Under the pieces are notes generated by a model. The model ran no database searches, had not been told where the DNA came from, and saw only the letters and a program-made list of their open reading frames with translations. From the NCBI GenBank assembly GCA_036785375.1, contig JAWMAR010000040.1:9982001-10046000 (forward strand): a stretch of DNA of 64,000 nucleotides, read 5' to 3'. This document shows, in pieces, positions 12,907-25,925 of this stretch (position 1 is the stretch's first letter; the number at the start of each line of letters is the position of its first letter). The position numbers and the translations under genes were made by a program. Origin of the DNA: Leucoraja ocellata. Its lineage: Eukaryota.

Positions 12907-13949
12907 GTGAGACTTTCGCAGTTCCAGAATGAAAAATTGTATGTTTTTACTTTGTTACATTTCCATGAAAACTTTAAAACTATATGTTCAATAAAACAAT
13001 CAAATGCTCCTGCTGATGTCCGCTTAGGTGTTCCGATCATCCAATTTAGAAATTAAATGACCTTAAATATCTTTCATATATATCCTTATGTACATCTCAT
13101 TTCCGTCCTTGTAATTCCACTTGAGACTTAAAGTGGCCTTCAGTCTGAATCTTTATCACAGCTAACATATTTCCTTGGGAGGATGGAATATCATTCATTG
13201 TTTGTTTGTGTAGATGTACTTTATTTTGGCATTAAAAATATAATTTCGTATTTCTACGCATCCTGTTGAGAAATCACTCTCTTGTTTCTGTGTGTATAGA
13301 TTATTAAGGCTTGCTGATACAATTGAGGTTATATACTTGTATGTTTGAAGGCAAAATGGATGATTCTGAAGTTTGATTCCAAAGCATGGTTCAAGTTCTT
13401 TTATTCTATTTTGTGCTACTATATTTTGGATCAATTTAACTAGCAGAAAAATGTCATCAATGACAAGAATACCCAACTGGTTCATTTTAACCTATACAGT
13501 AGCATGGATCAGTAGGATATACTTTGTGCATACACTTTCCATCAGATTTTTTAAAAGTAGACTATCCCAACATTTAAGAAACAGTTAGACAGGTACATGG
13601 ATAGGACAGGTTTGTAGGGATAAGGACCAAATGCTGGCAGGTCCATAGCTGGGACATGTTGGCCGGTGTGGGCAAGTTGAGCCGAAGGGCTTGTTTCCAC
13701 ACTGTATCACTCTATGACGCTATGAATCTATGACTAGTGTCATAGGATCCAAAAAAGACTGCTGATTCTAATATTTTAGTTGAGGCTACTTTTTCTTGCC
13801 AAAGATCATGTTGGTTCTACCATATCGCTATGCTATTAATATGCAAAACGACTGGTTACCTTGTGGGGGAAAAAATCAGAACCTTTGAATTGATTGAGAT
13901 TTATGAATAAGTTATTTAGATTCTGTTTTTTGTCCCTCTGGTGATGTAG

Positions 13950-14039
13950 ATACAAATTGCATGTAATTGTGGATGAAGTGTACATGCTTTCGGTATTTGA
14001 TGACGTAAACTCATTCCAAAGTATCCTCAGCTTTAACAA
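13950..14039 (+). CDS. ACCS: ACCS exon (R)YKLHVIVDEVYMLSVFDDVNSFQSILSFN
   Basis: gtag|...|gtgagt, 90 nt. LHVIVDEVY motif containing the Asp that contacts the PLP pyridine nitrogen. Confidence 0.96.
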
Positions 14040-14419
14040 GTGAGTCTTACTTTAATATTAAATATTGTACGTCTCTTAATTATTTTGCTGCTTTTACAAT
14101 TATTGGTGTGCTTGAATTTTATATTATCTTCTGTCAGAAACCCATTGCCTTTTTTAAAGAGCCTCTGAGGTGAGTTATTGAGGAACATAGATGCCCACTT
14201 GCTCTCTCTACGGGGTGAGGCAGACACACACCCACCTCTGCCATCCACCCTCCCCAAATCCCCACCCCACCTAATCACAGTAACTGGCCCACAACTGTTT
14301 CCTCAGTCCTTTCAATTGTTCCTTAAACACAAATTGTCCTGCCTTCACCCCTAACTCCAGCCCTAGCAAATGTCAGGTATCAAGAGGTATTTCTGGTGCA
14401 AATTCATCTCCCTCATCTA

Positions 14420-17400
14420 TGTAAGAAATTACGGCTTCAGCATGTAGATCGAAACAAACACAGGTTTTCAGTACACACTGTTGCCAGTGTAGGTATTCCT
14501 TATTTTTAAAAGTGCACTGTGCATACTCACACATATTCACGAGACTGATAAGATATAGACTATATCACACAAAATAAATCTTACCATGAAAGTACTCAGT
14601 TCTTAAAGTTACAGTTATAATTATATACACTACACTGCTCTCCCCTTAGAAAGTAAAATAACTTGTAAATTAGACAAACTAATAAAGAATAATTTTATAA
14701 TGTTAATCTGACGACTGGTTTACGTACTCTTTCTGATCTCCTGAGTGCTTTAGGGGGTGTGTCATGTTGTGGTTCTAAAGGAAAGTCAAGTTCAGCATCA
14801 TTTACCCTTATCTCTACTTTCTTTGGAGATTCTGATTTTATATCTGAACTTGGAATAATACCACAAATCTACTTCTTCGACTGTGCTTTGCTCTTGCTGG
14901 GATCGTATGGTTTATGTGTACACTTCTAACATGTCCTCCAATTTCTACCAACTACCTCCTGGTACCATACACTTCAACTACTATTCCCACATCCCATTTT
15001 TTGCATTGTAAGGGGGGGCTGAGAACATGAACCTAATCATGGGTATCAAACCTACATCCTTTTGGACTTCCACCATAATGACGTTTCAGATCAGATTGTT
15101 TTTGTTCAACCTTAGGAGATAAGTTAGGTAGAGCCAAACTCTGTCTATTTCTGAGCCTTCTTTTCATTAGTTCAGCTGGCGATAGATTGTGGCATGGTAC
15201 GATATTTCAGTAAGAAACTAGCTAGCCGCTGTGACATACTGAATTTTGAATTCCCTTCAAGAACTTGTTTCTTGAGAGCTCCTTTGACTATCCTGACTGA
15301 CCTTTCAGCTGCGCCGTTAGATGCCGGACGGTAAGTTGGCACTAAGGTATGCTTGATACCATTTAGCTACATGAAAGTTTGGAACGGTGCAGCACGAAAT
15401 TGGGGGCCGTTGTCAGAGACAAGCTCTTCAGGTAATCCATGACAAGCAAAGATAGACCGCAATGTGTATATTGTTATTTCTGTTGTTGTGTTTGTACCCA
15501 TATGTACCACCTCAATCCACTTTGAGTGACTATCTACCAAAACAAGAAAATTATTATTCCCGGGTTCACAAAAATCCACATGAATCCTCTGAAGAGGTCA
15601 AGTAGGCCAAGACCATGTTTGCAAAGGGGTTTGGGAAGGCCTACCTGTACAACTCTGACAAGTGTTACATTTGCTTGCCATTGCTTCTCTGTCAATGTCC
15701 AATCCTGGCCAATACATGCAACCTCTGGCTGTAGACCTCATTTCCACAGTACCTGTGTGTTCACGATGGAGTTCTTTAAGCAATCTTTGTCTTAACCAAT
15801 TACTACTCTGTGACCCCCATTTAAAACACCCTTGCTTACATGACAGTTCATGTTGTTTATTGTGATAAGGTTTTAGGTGATTAGTACTTGGTTTTATTTC
15901 TGACCATCCACACAAAGTTTGTTCGTATACTGGCTTTAGCACTGTGTCCTTTTGAGTTTCAGCAGCAATTTCAGCTGCTGTGACTGTAAAGGTAGAAATT
16001 GGAGGATGTGTTAGAAGTGTGCACATAAACCATATGATCCCAGCTAGGGATGAACCGGTATAAGAGCAAATCATAGACAAAGAAGTAGATGTAAGACTTT
16101 GCTATTATTCCAAAGTCTGACAGATCGACTTCTTCGTCTATGCTTTGCTCTTGTACCGGTTCATCCTTTGCTGGGATCATATGATTTATGTGCACACTTC
16201 TAACACGTCCTCCAATACTTCTCCAGATTACGTTTTCAGTTGAACGCTTGTTTCTGTGATAGGCATATTGCTAAACTTGGATTCATAAGGTGTCTTTGCT
16301 TATAATTGTGCAATCAGTAGCGGTATCAATACACATAGTATTGATGTATGGATTGTTCACTTTGACCCTTGTCTGAAAGTCTTCATCTCCAGACCGACCG
16401 TTCATAGTATAAATGACGTACAGTCCAAGTTCATTACTCTCTGGGTGTTCTTCAAGGTTATGAATCCCATGCATGTGGTTTTCTCCAGCCTTTTGTTTAG
16501 CTTTATCATGTGATGGCACTACATGCTGCTGCAATATGGTCTTTCTTTTGATAGTTGTGGCACTTTGATAGTGAACTGGCACTTATTTGCTTCATGTTGA
16601 CCATTGCATCAATAGCACATAGCTGCGCATTTCCCAGAACTTTCCTGTGAAGGCCTTTTCCCAGTCTTGTCATGCTTGTGTTTTGGAACTACCTTTTGAC
16701 TGTTGACTGTGCCAGTATGTGTTGGTCAAAACTCATGTGCACTTTGACATGCCATCTCCATGGCCAAAGCAGTTTTAGAAACATAGACATAGAAACATAG
16801 AAATTAGGTGCAGGAGTAGGCCATTCGGCCCTTCGAGCTTGCACCGCCATTCAATATGATCATGGCTGATCATCCAACTCAGTATCCCGTACCTGCCTTC
16901 TCTCCATACCCTCTGATCCCCTTAGCCACAAGGGCCACATCTAACTCCCTCTTAAATATAGCCAATGAACTGGCCTCGACTACCCTCTGCGGCAGAGAGT
17001 TCCAGAGACTCACCACTCTGCATGCCAAATCAAAGGTAAGGGTTGGTGTGTCATTAATTTTGATTGGATTCGCTCATCCAGCATTCCACTTACAAATCTA
17101 TCATGCAAAGCTCGATCCAGAAATGTCGCAAAATTGCAGTGTAGAGACTACTTCTTCAGTGAGATAATGTTCTCACACACAGTCTCACCAGACTTCTGAT
17201 TTCTTGTGTGAAATTTGTAACTTTCTGCGATCTCTTGGGGTTGAAGTGAGCATCAGGTTTTGCAAGAACAGTCTCAAATGAAACATTCCTTGCTTTCTCT
17301 GGGGCTAGGATGTTAATGAGAGCTTCATAATATTTTGTTCTTGGATGGCCTTGTTTTGTGCTCTTACCTGCACTTGATCATCATCCTCTGTTTCTTCAGC

Positions 17401-17976
17401 TTCAATAATGTAATTTGCAAAAAAACCTTTCCATTCGCTCACAGTACGAGGTAAAGGTTTCACAGTTCTTGTCGAAAGTCCCTAGTCGGCCTATGTGTCC
17501 CGAGGATGCCATCTTGCCCCCTGGGCACAAGACAAAGATAGCCTGACAAACTCTAGACGATTTGTACAGCTGCTGTTTTAAACTACAGTCCCTTGCATAG
17601 AAGGATCTGTGGCCCCTCGTGTCCAGTTCACAAACAACTGCGACACAGCTTCATATTTGCTGTTTAAAACGTTAAACAATGCTGCATATTGCAAAACAAT
17701 CCTGCATTGTATTCGGAGGTTGAGTTCACGAACTCTATCTGATCCTCGTCGCCATCGTAAGATACTGAATTACGGTTTCAGCAGGTAGATAGAAACAAGC
17801 ACAGGTTTTCAGTACACACTGTTGCCAGTGTAGGTCTTCCTTATTTTGCAAAAGTGCACTGTGCATACTCACACATATTCACGAGACTGATAAGATATAG
17901 AATATTTCACATGACACAAATAATACCATTATAGTACTCAGTTCTTAAAGTTATAGTTACCTTTATATACATTACA
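14420..17976 (-). mobile_element. Ty3/Gypsy (Mag-like) LTR retrotransposon, internally deleted and degenerate, in an ACCS intron
   Basis: LTRs 14420-14634 and 17756-17976. 5-bp TSD ATCTA at 14415-14419 and 17977-17981. PBS TGGCGACGAGGATC (17754-17741, tRNA-Ser type). PPT at 14635-14647. Remnants of gag (~17510 leftwards), protease (IDTATD), and integrase with HHCC and VDSHSKW...VSDNGPQF. Confidence 0.93.
16777..17020 (-). mobile_element. CR1 LINE 3' end nested in the Gypsy gag
   Basis: CR1 3' UTR with (ATAGAAAC)-type tail. It splits the gag peptide LTFDLAC / KTALAMEMA. Confidence 0.85.
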
Positions 17977-18079
17977 ATCTAAGAAGAGTAGAATGTGCCA
18001 GGGACATAGGTGTGGTAATCATTACACTCAGTAAAGAACCATCTGATTTTGTAATTGTCTCCCTGTCAGCTGCCAGAGG

Positions 18080-18345
18080 GTAATGCCCCTGTCCCACTTA
18101 GGAAACCTGAACGGAAACCTCTGGAGACTTTGCTCCCCATGCGGTTCCCGGAGGTTTTTGTCAGTCTCCCTAATGGTCGAAAGTGGTTTCCGCTTCTTCT
18201 ATGTTCCAGCGATTATTTCAAAAAATTCAATACTTGCTGCGACTAAAAATAGGTTGCCGTTTTAAAAATCAGTAGTTTTTTAGTCGAAGCCGGTTGCAAT
18301 GCTAGTTGAAGATGGTTGCCGGAGGTTGCAGGTAGTGCAAGGTAA
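18080..18345. mobile_element. Probable non-autonomous DNA transposon fragment
   Basis: Starts GCCCCTGTCCCACTT with internal GGAAACC/GGTTGCC subrepeats and CpG-rich content. Family assignment uncertain. Confidence 0.4.
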
Positions 18346-18533
18346 GCACTAAAATGCATAGTCAACCTACAAGTTCAAGTAATAGCAGCCTTTGTTTTTT
18401 TCACCTGATAATTCAAAACACATTTATGTTATCTCTTGCATAATTTTACCTTGTCCACATTAGTATACATTGTGTGAGCTTTTTAAAATATTTATATGTA
18501 CAATATTGATGGCTGTCTGGTATTGTTTTTCAG

Positions 18534-18579
18534 GCTCCCTGATCCACAGAGAACTCATATTATGTGGGGAATTAGAAAG
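18534..18579 (+). CDS. ACCS: ACCS exon (K)LPDPQRTHIMWGIRK, ending in the PLP Schiff-base lysine
   Basis: ttcag|...|gtaaat, 46 nt. LPDPQRTH motif. Confidence 0.95.
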
Positions 18580-21379
18580 GTAAATGCATCCACCGTGGCA
18601 TCTGCGTCAACGCGAGAGATAATGTGATGTTAAAGTTCAGAGGTCATAGGAGCAGAATTAAGCCATTCATCCCATTGAGTCTACCCCACCATTCATTCAT
18701 CTGATGTGCATTTCCCTCTCAATCACATTCTCCTGCCTTCTCTCTGTAACCTTTAACACCCTTACTAATCAAAAATATGTCAATCTCTGCTTTAAAAATG
18801 CCCAAAGCCTTGGCTTCCACAGCCATCTGAGGCAATGATTTACCACCCTCTAAATAAAGAAATTTCTAATAAAAAAAATCCTCTTCATCTAATGGTACGT
18901 CCTTCTATTCTGATGCTGTGCCTTCTGGTCCTAGACTCTCCCACTAGTAGAAACATATTCTCACATCCACTCTCTGCATGCCTTTCATTAAAACAGCAAT
19001 GTAGAATGTGTTAAAGTAGCAAAATGAAACAGTGAATTGGCACTTTTACATGTTGTGCCGGAAAATGGTAACATGCTGGTTTGCATCTCCCATGATGAGC
19101 CTTGTCACTACTGAATTAATCTGGGGATATATTAAGAAGAGCCATTCGATTGAACTGCTGTGGCGCCGCCCAGAGCTAATACCTTACTATATTTTGTAGG
19201 AGGTGCAGGGGACTTGATGGATTCCTAAATATCTTAATCCAGAAGGAGGCATTTAGCCTTGTGGTTATATCAGTTTAAAAACAAACTTTTGATGTTATTC
19301 CTAGTTTTCATTTTTTTGGTTCCTTTTATAAATCCACTCATGATTTCTGTCTTCATAATTCTTTCAGACACACAATTCCAAGTCCTTACCACTCTTTGGG
19401 TAAATATTTTTTCCTCAGCTCTCCTCTAATCCACCCACAACCTATGCTTCCTTGTAATTAGTCTCTCAGCTAAGGGAACAGGTCCTTCCTTTTCGCACGA
19501 GCTAAGCCTCTCATGAGTTTATATCTAAAGCTACAGGAGAATCATTTTAACAAAAATAGAAACTCTGTTCAATTTATCTCTGTACTTATTTAGTTTATTC
19601 CAGGAAGGAAGGAATTTGTGAAAAATCCTCTAATCAAGAAGTGATTAGTACTGAAATAGAAGGTTGAGCTGTAGGAAAATATTGTAAAGCATGAACACTT
19701 ATCTTGAAGTTAGCTGAATGACTCAGTCGATGCTATAATTCACTGATGTTACCTTCCTTTGATGGTCATAAGCCCTGATCAATGAATGTTTAAAATAAAG
19801 AATAGCTAAAACTTTCTTAATAGTAGCATTCTTTCTATCAAATGTGATTAAAGCAGAATTTGTTAACTCCCTTCTGTGGGAATCAGTTAAATACTTGCAA
19901 AGAGATAGATACTGGAAAACACAAAGGAAACAGATGTTAAATCATTTCCAAAAAGAAGTGAGCCAAATTGGCTTATTAGGCTGTTTTATTGTTGTGATCC
20001 TTTTATGAAGTTCTGCAGTAAAGGCTACATAATCTTGATGATTATCATGCATTTCCGAGTAGCAGTGAAAATATTGTGAGAACTGGAGGACAGGGTCCCT
20101 GCTGACTAAAGTGCTGCAAGGTAATCCAAGGCCAACATTGAATCTTTAAAGGATTGATAACAAGGCCAGCATTTGAAGCTCAGCCTTGAGTTCTTGAGTG
20201 GAGATAGTGATTATTGTGCTATGTGAAGCAAGCTGGTGAAATTTCTGAATGTTAAACGCCACAGAATGTTGATGGTGGGGAAACTGGCAATGGTAATTCC
20301 ATTGAATGTCAGGAGTATGTGACCAGACTTTTTGTTTAACGTGGTAATTATTTGCTACTGCTGTGGCGTGAATGTGTCCTGCTGCTTATCCATGCCTGGA
20401 TGTTGTCTAGGTCTTGCTGATGCAAGCATGGACTTCTTCATGTGGTGAGGAATTGTGGATGCAATTGGACATTATGAAATCATTAGTGAATGTCCCCACT
20501 TCCAACCTGTAGAAGGAAGGTGATTGATGAAGCAGCTGAAGATAGTTGGGCCTTAGACACTGCCTCAAGGAACTCCTACAGTATCCATGGGCCTTGGGAT
20601 GAGATGATTGACTTCCAACAACCACAGTCATCTTTGATGCAAGGTTTGCTCAGCAGTTATCAATGGCTTAGTATGTCGTCATCAAAAATTTGCTTGGCCT
20701 TCACATCAAAACTTGCAGGGTATTCTACAGTGCGGATAAATCTAAAGTGGTTTAACTTCAGATATCCTTTGATTCTGTTGAAGAAAGCAACAAAAAAGAA
20801 GCCTGTAGTAAGACATTGAATCAGTAAAAAGTTCAAATTTTGCATAACACAAAACCATGATCAGTGTCGGTTTCATAGATTAATGAAGTAAAATGTTGGT
20901 GATTTCACCATTATCACCAATTATGCAAAATCTGGACCATTCAGTCATAAGAATCTGCCTGAGCTTCAGATCACTGATATTTTATGTATCTAAAATAGCA
21001 TATACTGATCATCAGAGGCGGAATAACCCTTAAATTTACCTTTGTGTAACTATTGTCTTTGTAATCTGAAATTGGAGATAAACTTGTTCCAAGCCACCAG
21101 CAACACATTACAATGAATGTATACTGCGGATTATGTTGCATGAGCAAAATCTATTTCATCAGATCAAGAGTATTTAATTGTCTTATGTACTGGCAAGGAA
21201 CTGGACTGGCAAACTGGCAAGGAACAAGTACTGGCAACTTTACAGGTGCCTTAATGCAACAACACATAGATATACAAGAATCAATTATACAATAAATTTC
21301 ATTATTATTAATACAAAGTAACAAACCACAATAGAGCAAAACCAAAGTACATAATACAAACAAAATAAAGTCCATAATG

Positions 21380-21690
21380 CATCATAGTTACTGAGAAAGG
21401 ATTGCGTTTAGGGTGCTGCGGCGTTCAAGAGCTAGATTATTGCTAGGAAAAAGTTGTTCTTGAACCTGAAGGTCACGGTTTTTAGACTCCTGTACATTCC
21501 TCCAGATGGAAGTAGTGAGATGAGAGTGTGACCAGGGTTGTGTTGGTCTTTCGTGATATGAGCTATCTTTTTGAGACAGTGCTCTTGAGATCCCTTCGAT
21601 GGTGGAGAGGTCAGTGCCCATGATGAACTGGGAATGTCCACCACTTTCTGCAGCTTCCTTCGTTCCTGGGCATTCGAAATATCAAACCGG
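21380..21690 (-). mobile_element. Rex1-type LINE 3' fragment
   Basis: KIAHITKDQHNPGHTLISLLPSGGMYRSLK..RFKNNFF peptide. Confidence 0.75.
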
Positions 21691-21844
21691 TGATGTCTCG
21701 GATTTGTATCTGATTTCCAGGGACCGTGTTGCTTGGCCTTGCTTGCTTGACAATTTGGGATAAAATTGCATGCCAAAAACAAATTGAGAAGCAGTGAGCA
21801 ATATCAGGAGATAATTAAATGAATCGTGTTTTTTTGTTGTCTAG

Positions 21845-21986
21845 GATTTTACAGCCAGTGGACTTCACGTAGGTACTCTACACACTGAGAATGCTGATGT
21901 TATTAGTGCCCTTGGTCAACTGTCACACTTCCATGGTGTTCCAGCTGCCACACAACATATGGTAGCACAGTTACTGAGAGACCAAG
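21845..21986 (+). CDS. ACCS: ACCS exon DFTASGLHVGTLHTENADV...AQLLRDQ
   Basis: ctag|...|gtaaga, 142 nt. Aligns to DFGxSGLRxGTLYTEN...AQLLRD. Confidence 0.94.
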
Positions 21987-22089
21987 GTAAGAATGCCTTG
22001 TGGAGAAAGCCCCATGTTCCAGCAGTACATAGAAAGTATATGTTCATTAATCAATGAATTGGTAGTGCTTCACATGAAATACATTGCTT

Positions 22090-22750
22090 TGCCTGGATTG
22101 GAAAGCTAGGCTGATTGCAATAGAGGTGACCATTTCACCAAACACATGCTCAGTCTGGCAAGGTTTGCTGGATCTCCCAGTTGTTTACCATTTTAACTCC
22201 CCTTCCCAGTCATATACCATCTTTTCTGTTCTGGGCCTCCCCAATTCCAGAGCGAGGTCACTTGCAAACCAGAGGAACAGCACCTCGTATTCCATGAAAA
22301 GCTTACAACCCAACGGAATGGATATTGCATTATCCAAATTTTTAGTAACACCACATTTTCCCCATCTCACTTTCCTGGGCCTGCCCCACACCTGGTGTGT
22401 ACCCATTTCTCCCATTATCCTACCCCTCTTTCCCCCCTTACCCCTGTCCCTTTCAACCTTTATCCCTTTCTCTGGATTTACATTTCACTCCTCTCATTAA
22501 CCAGTACCCTTTTATCTCAACCCCTTGTCACTAATTCCACTCATCTGCCGATCAAAACCCCCCTCACCTGTATCCACGTATCAATTGCCAGATTTTGCCC
22601 CACCCTCCAACTCTTTTCCCCCTACTACAATCGGTCTGAAGGTCTCGATCCGGAGTTACTTATCCATCCCTTCCACAGATGCTGCATGGCCTGCTGAGTT
22701 CCTCCAGTACTTTGTCTTTGTTCATGATTTCAGCATTTGCAGTTCCTAGT
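22090..22750 (+). mobile_element. Degenerate Penelope-like element 3' part (GIY-YIG C-terminus plus pLTR)
   Basis: LPVVYHFNSPSQS...LQPNGMDI..S.F peptide followed by the same pLTR sequence as the element at 34067. Confidence 0.75.
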
Positions 22751-24125
22751 GTCTACGTATGACAAAGAGCTTTTTAAAAAGTTACTCGTATAGGCAATGG
22801 GTGTTACATCATCTTTTACATTAAACCATGGTGTAACTAGGATGTCAACAAGTAGTTATCAAAGATTGCCAATCCAATACAAAAAATCCCAATCTTTGAA
22901 CTTCTGTCTCACCTGGTTCTGTTTCACACATTCCCTATTAACTCAGCATTGGCAAGTTGGGCCAAAGGGCCTCTTTCCTCGCTATACGACTCTATAACTC
23001 ACCGAAAACCATACTACCTTTAAATTCACCAGGCCCTGCTCCTGTACTCCTTCAAACTCATGTGGATCAATGGAGAATTTATTATGCTATTATGTGACAC
23101 AAAAAAAAAGCAAATCAAAAGTGTGTTGGGTATTAATAGGAATAACATCTGATGGTCTGGAAAATCTGCCAGCCCGCATCCATCAAATTCAAGGTGGCAG
23201 ATTATCAGTTTTATTGTGTTACCTTTTGTTTTAACTGATTTAAGGGTATTCTCCTCACACTTTCCTGAAGGTACACTTTTACAGACCAGGTTTGGAGGCT
23301 GAACCAAATATGTTAAATAAAAATCTGACTCAGCAAGTTAGATTTTGAAGGGTTTTATAGTTAAGCTAAATTCTTCTCTTTTCCAAACACAACCATGCAC
23401 GTCCATTTTTTTTCAACATATGACTGAATACTGAACTGCCTTAAGAATAACAGCCTTTAGTTTTCCTTTTCTAGATTAGTTTTGCTTAAACCAGTTGAAA
23501 CACCTTCTGAGTATCATCATGCCACTGAGACCAGCACCCTTGTAGAGTCAAAACTCCATTCATTGGCTATGTATCAATCAAAAGGAGAGTGGGGAGGGAT
23601 GAGATATAAAAAATGAATAAGGTATCATATCTTTCTTTAGTAACGTATTAGTCAATACAAAATAGGCTATATTTAATAATCAAAATGTAACAGTATATTT
23701 TCTTAAACTTAAAATTAGTGGGTCCTGTTTACATTTTTATATTCTCTGTAAGAGACTGAGACTAAATTATGATCTGTTATGTTTACCTACAGTATTTTGA
23801 TTTATATTTATAGATTGGAAATTAGTCCTGTAAAAAGTCCTGCAAAAAGGATATCTAATTATACGATTTTTACATGCTAAATGTTATATAAAAAGACGTC
23901 CTTCTATTGTCCAAGTGGTCCAGCGCAGAGCAGAAAGCCAGCGAGTTGAACTTACATAAAATTAATACTGAATTCCAGCATTCCAGTTATAAAAGTAATG
24001 TGATAAAATAGTACTGTTTTAATTGTTGGATGTAAAAATGCTTCTCTATAAATTGGATAACAGATTTTCTTTTACAAGATTAGGACATGCCGTCTGTGTA
24101 AATTTATTTTTCTATTTCTCTGTAG

Positions 24126-24268
24126 ATTGGTTCAATCGTGTTTTTTTACCAACAAATCGAGCCAGATTAAAAACTGCCCACAAGTGTATGACAAATGAAT
24201 TAATAGCAATGGACATTCCTTTCTTGAACCCGCAGGCAGGCCATCACATCTGGGCTGATTTTAGAAAG
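24126..24268 (+). CDS. ACCS: ACCS exon (D)WFNRVFLPTNRARLKTAH...HIWADFRK
   Basis: gtag|...|gtattc, 143 nt. Phase consistent. Confidence 0.95.
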
Positions 24269-25114
24269 GTATTCACCTTTAGTAGATGGATATAAAGGAA
24301 TCTTTAATTTCTGTACCAGAAATTTATTTAGGATTCTTTTCAGTTGTTTCAATATATTCCTTCTATAATGTAATAAAATTGTTAAAAAACAATGTTTTTT
24401 CATATTTTGAATCTTCTGATTTCAGACCAAGGGACTTTGTAGGATCTCATTCATGTGGGAGGGACTCAAGATGGAAGGTGATGGTATGGTTATACAGCCA
24501 TAGAAATCTATCATCATAATGCATTGAGAAGCAAGAGTGAAGGGCATATTTTAGAATATCTAGTCGAGTTTATTGTCATATGCACAAGTACGGTGAGGTA
24601 CAGGTGTAATGAAAAATCTTGCTTGCAACCACATCATGGGTACATCAATTCAAACAACATACAAGGAAGAACATTGCATAGAAAATAAAAATAGAAAATA
24701 AAAACCAAGTCATTGGTACTGCCATAGTGTTCTGTTGTCGAAGTAGGATTAGGGTTGTGTTAGTTCATGGGGTGCAATGTATTCTATTTGTGCATCTGGA
24801 CTGTGCTGTGTAACATAGTGTTTGGTAAAAGTAAGTCTTTCAACATATCGAACTTTCCTTACTATCACTACCATGAAGTTTCAAGAACATAAGATTAATT
24901 TAGGTCATTTTTGCTTTATATGCTATATGTATGAACAATACAGAGGATTTAAGCTCTCAGGGTAATTATACATGATTTAGGCATCCTGCCAATTGTTGAG
25001 AGCAGAGATGACAAATGCAGAGATGACAATTTGAACAGCAAATGAATTGAAGTAGAGATAAAAAATTGTGGAGAGATCATGCAGAGGAAAACTACACACA
25101 GCAACAGTATAGGG

Positions 25115-25308
25115 CAGGGGTTCCCAACCTTTTTTGTCCCGTTTACCCCAGGCAACTTTAATAGCACAGAACAATGTTATTTAACATATTTATGAACAAG
25201 TAATGATGAACAGATACCGGTATACCAGAACCAAACACAGTCAGTCAATGAGAAAAAAATATGTACAAATCCAGAATCAACAAATTTACCCCAGGTTGGG
25301 AAACTTTG
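25115..25308. mobile_element. hAT (Charlie-like) MITE
   Basis: TIRs CAGGGGTTCCCAACC / GGTTGGGAAACTTTG. 8-bp TSD GTATAGGG / GTATAAGG. Confidence 0.8.
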
Positions 25309-25771
25309 GTATAAGGGATTTTGTATGGGGCTGTTTTACTGCTTAGCAAAGACAGACACCTGAAATGCTGGAGATGCTGAAAGGAAATAGTGAGAAAAGG
25401 AGAACAAACTTGAGGCAACAGGAGTGTTGGCCTGAGGATGAGATGGTGATTCAGAACAAAGTACAGTATGCTGACAGGACCGTAAATCTCAAGGCTGGAG
25501 GGTAAAGGATGGGTTTTAGAGAAAGGATTAATAATAATTATGGTGATTGGGTATTTTGTAAGTCTTACTAATTTATTATTCTTAAACAATTGGATCCTCT
25601 TATGTCTTATTGAATTGAAGTCTTTCATTGCAGAATCATATTTTCCAGTTTGTGTCCAGGCATATCTCCAGTTTGAGACCTAGTCTGTTGGCAACGGTTA
25701 GATAAGAACTTGTGTTCCGTGATTCAGCAATGAAAACCACAAATGTAATGTGTGCGCATCTTTCTATCCAG

Positions 25772-25925
25772 TATTTAAGGAATCCGACATTTGAAGAAGA
25801 AACAAAACTATGGAAGCGATTTCTTAAAAATAAAATCCTTCTCAGCAGTGGGAAATCATTTGGGTGCTGTGAACCTGGATGGTTCAGCATTGTGTTTGCT
25901 GACAAAACCAGTAGACTACAACTAG
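25772..25925 (+). CDS. ACCS: ACCS exon YLRNPTFEEETKLWKRFLKNKILLSSGKSFGCCEPGWFSIVFADKTSRLQL
   Basis: ccag|...|gtgagt, 154 nt. TFEEE..LW and C.EPGWF motifs. Confidence 0.95.
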
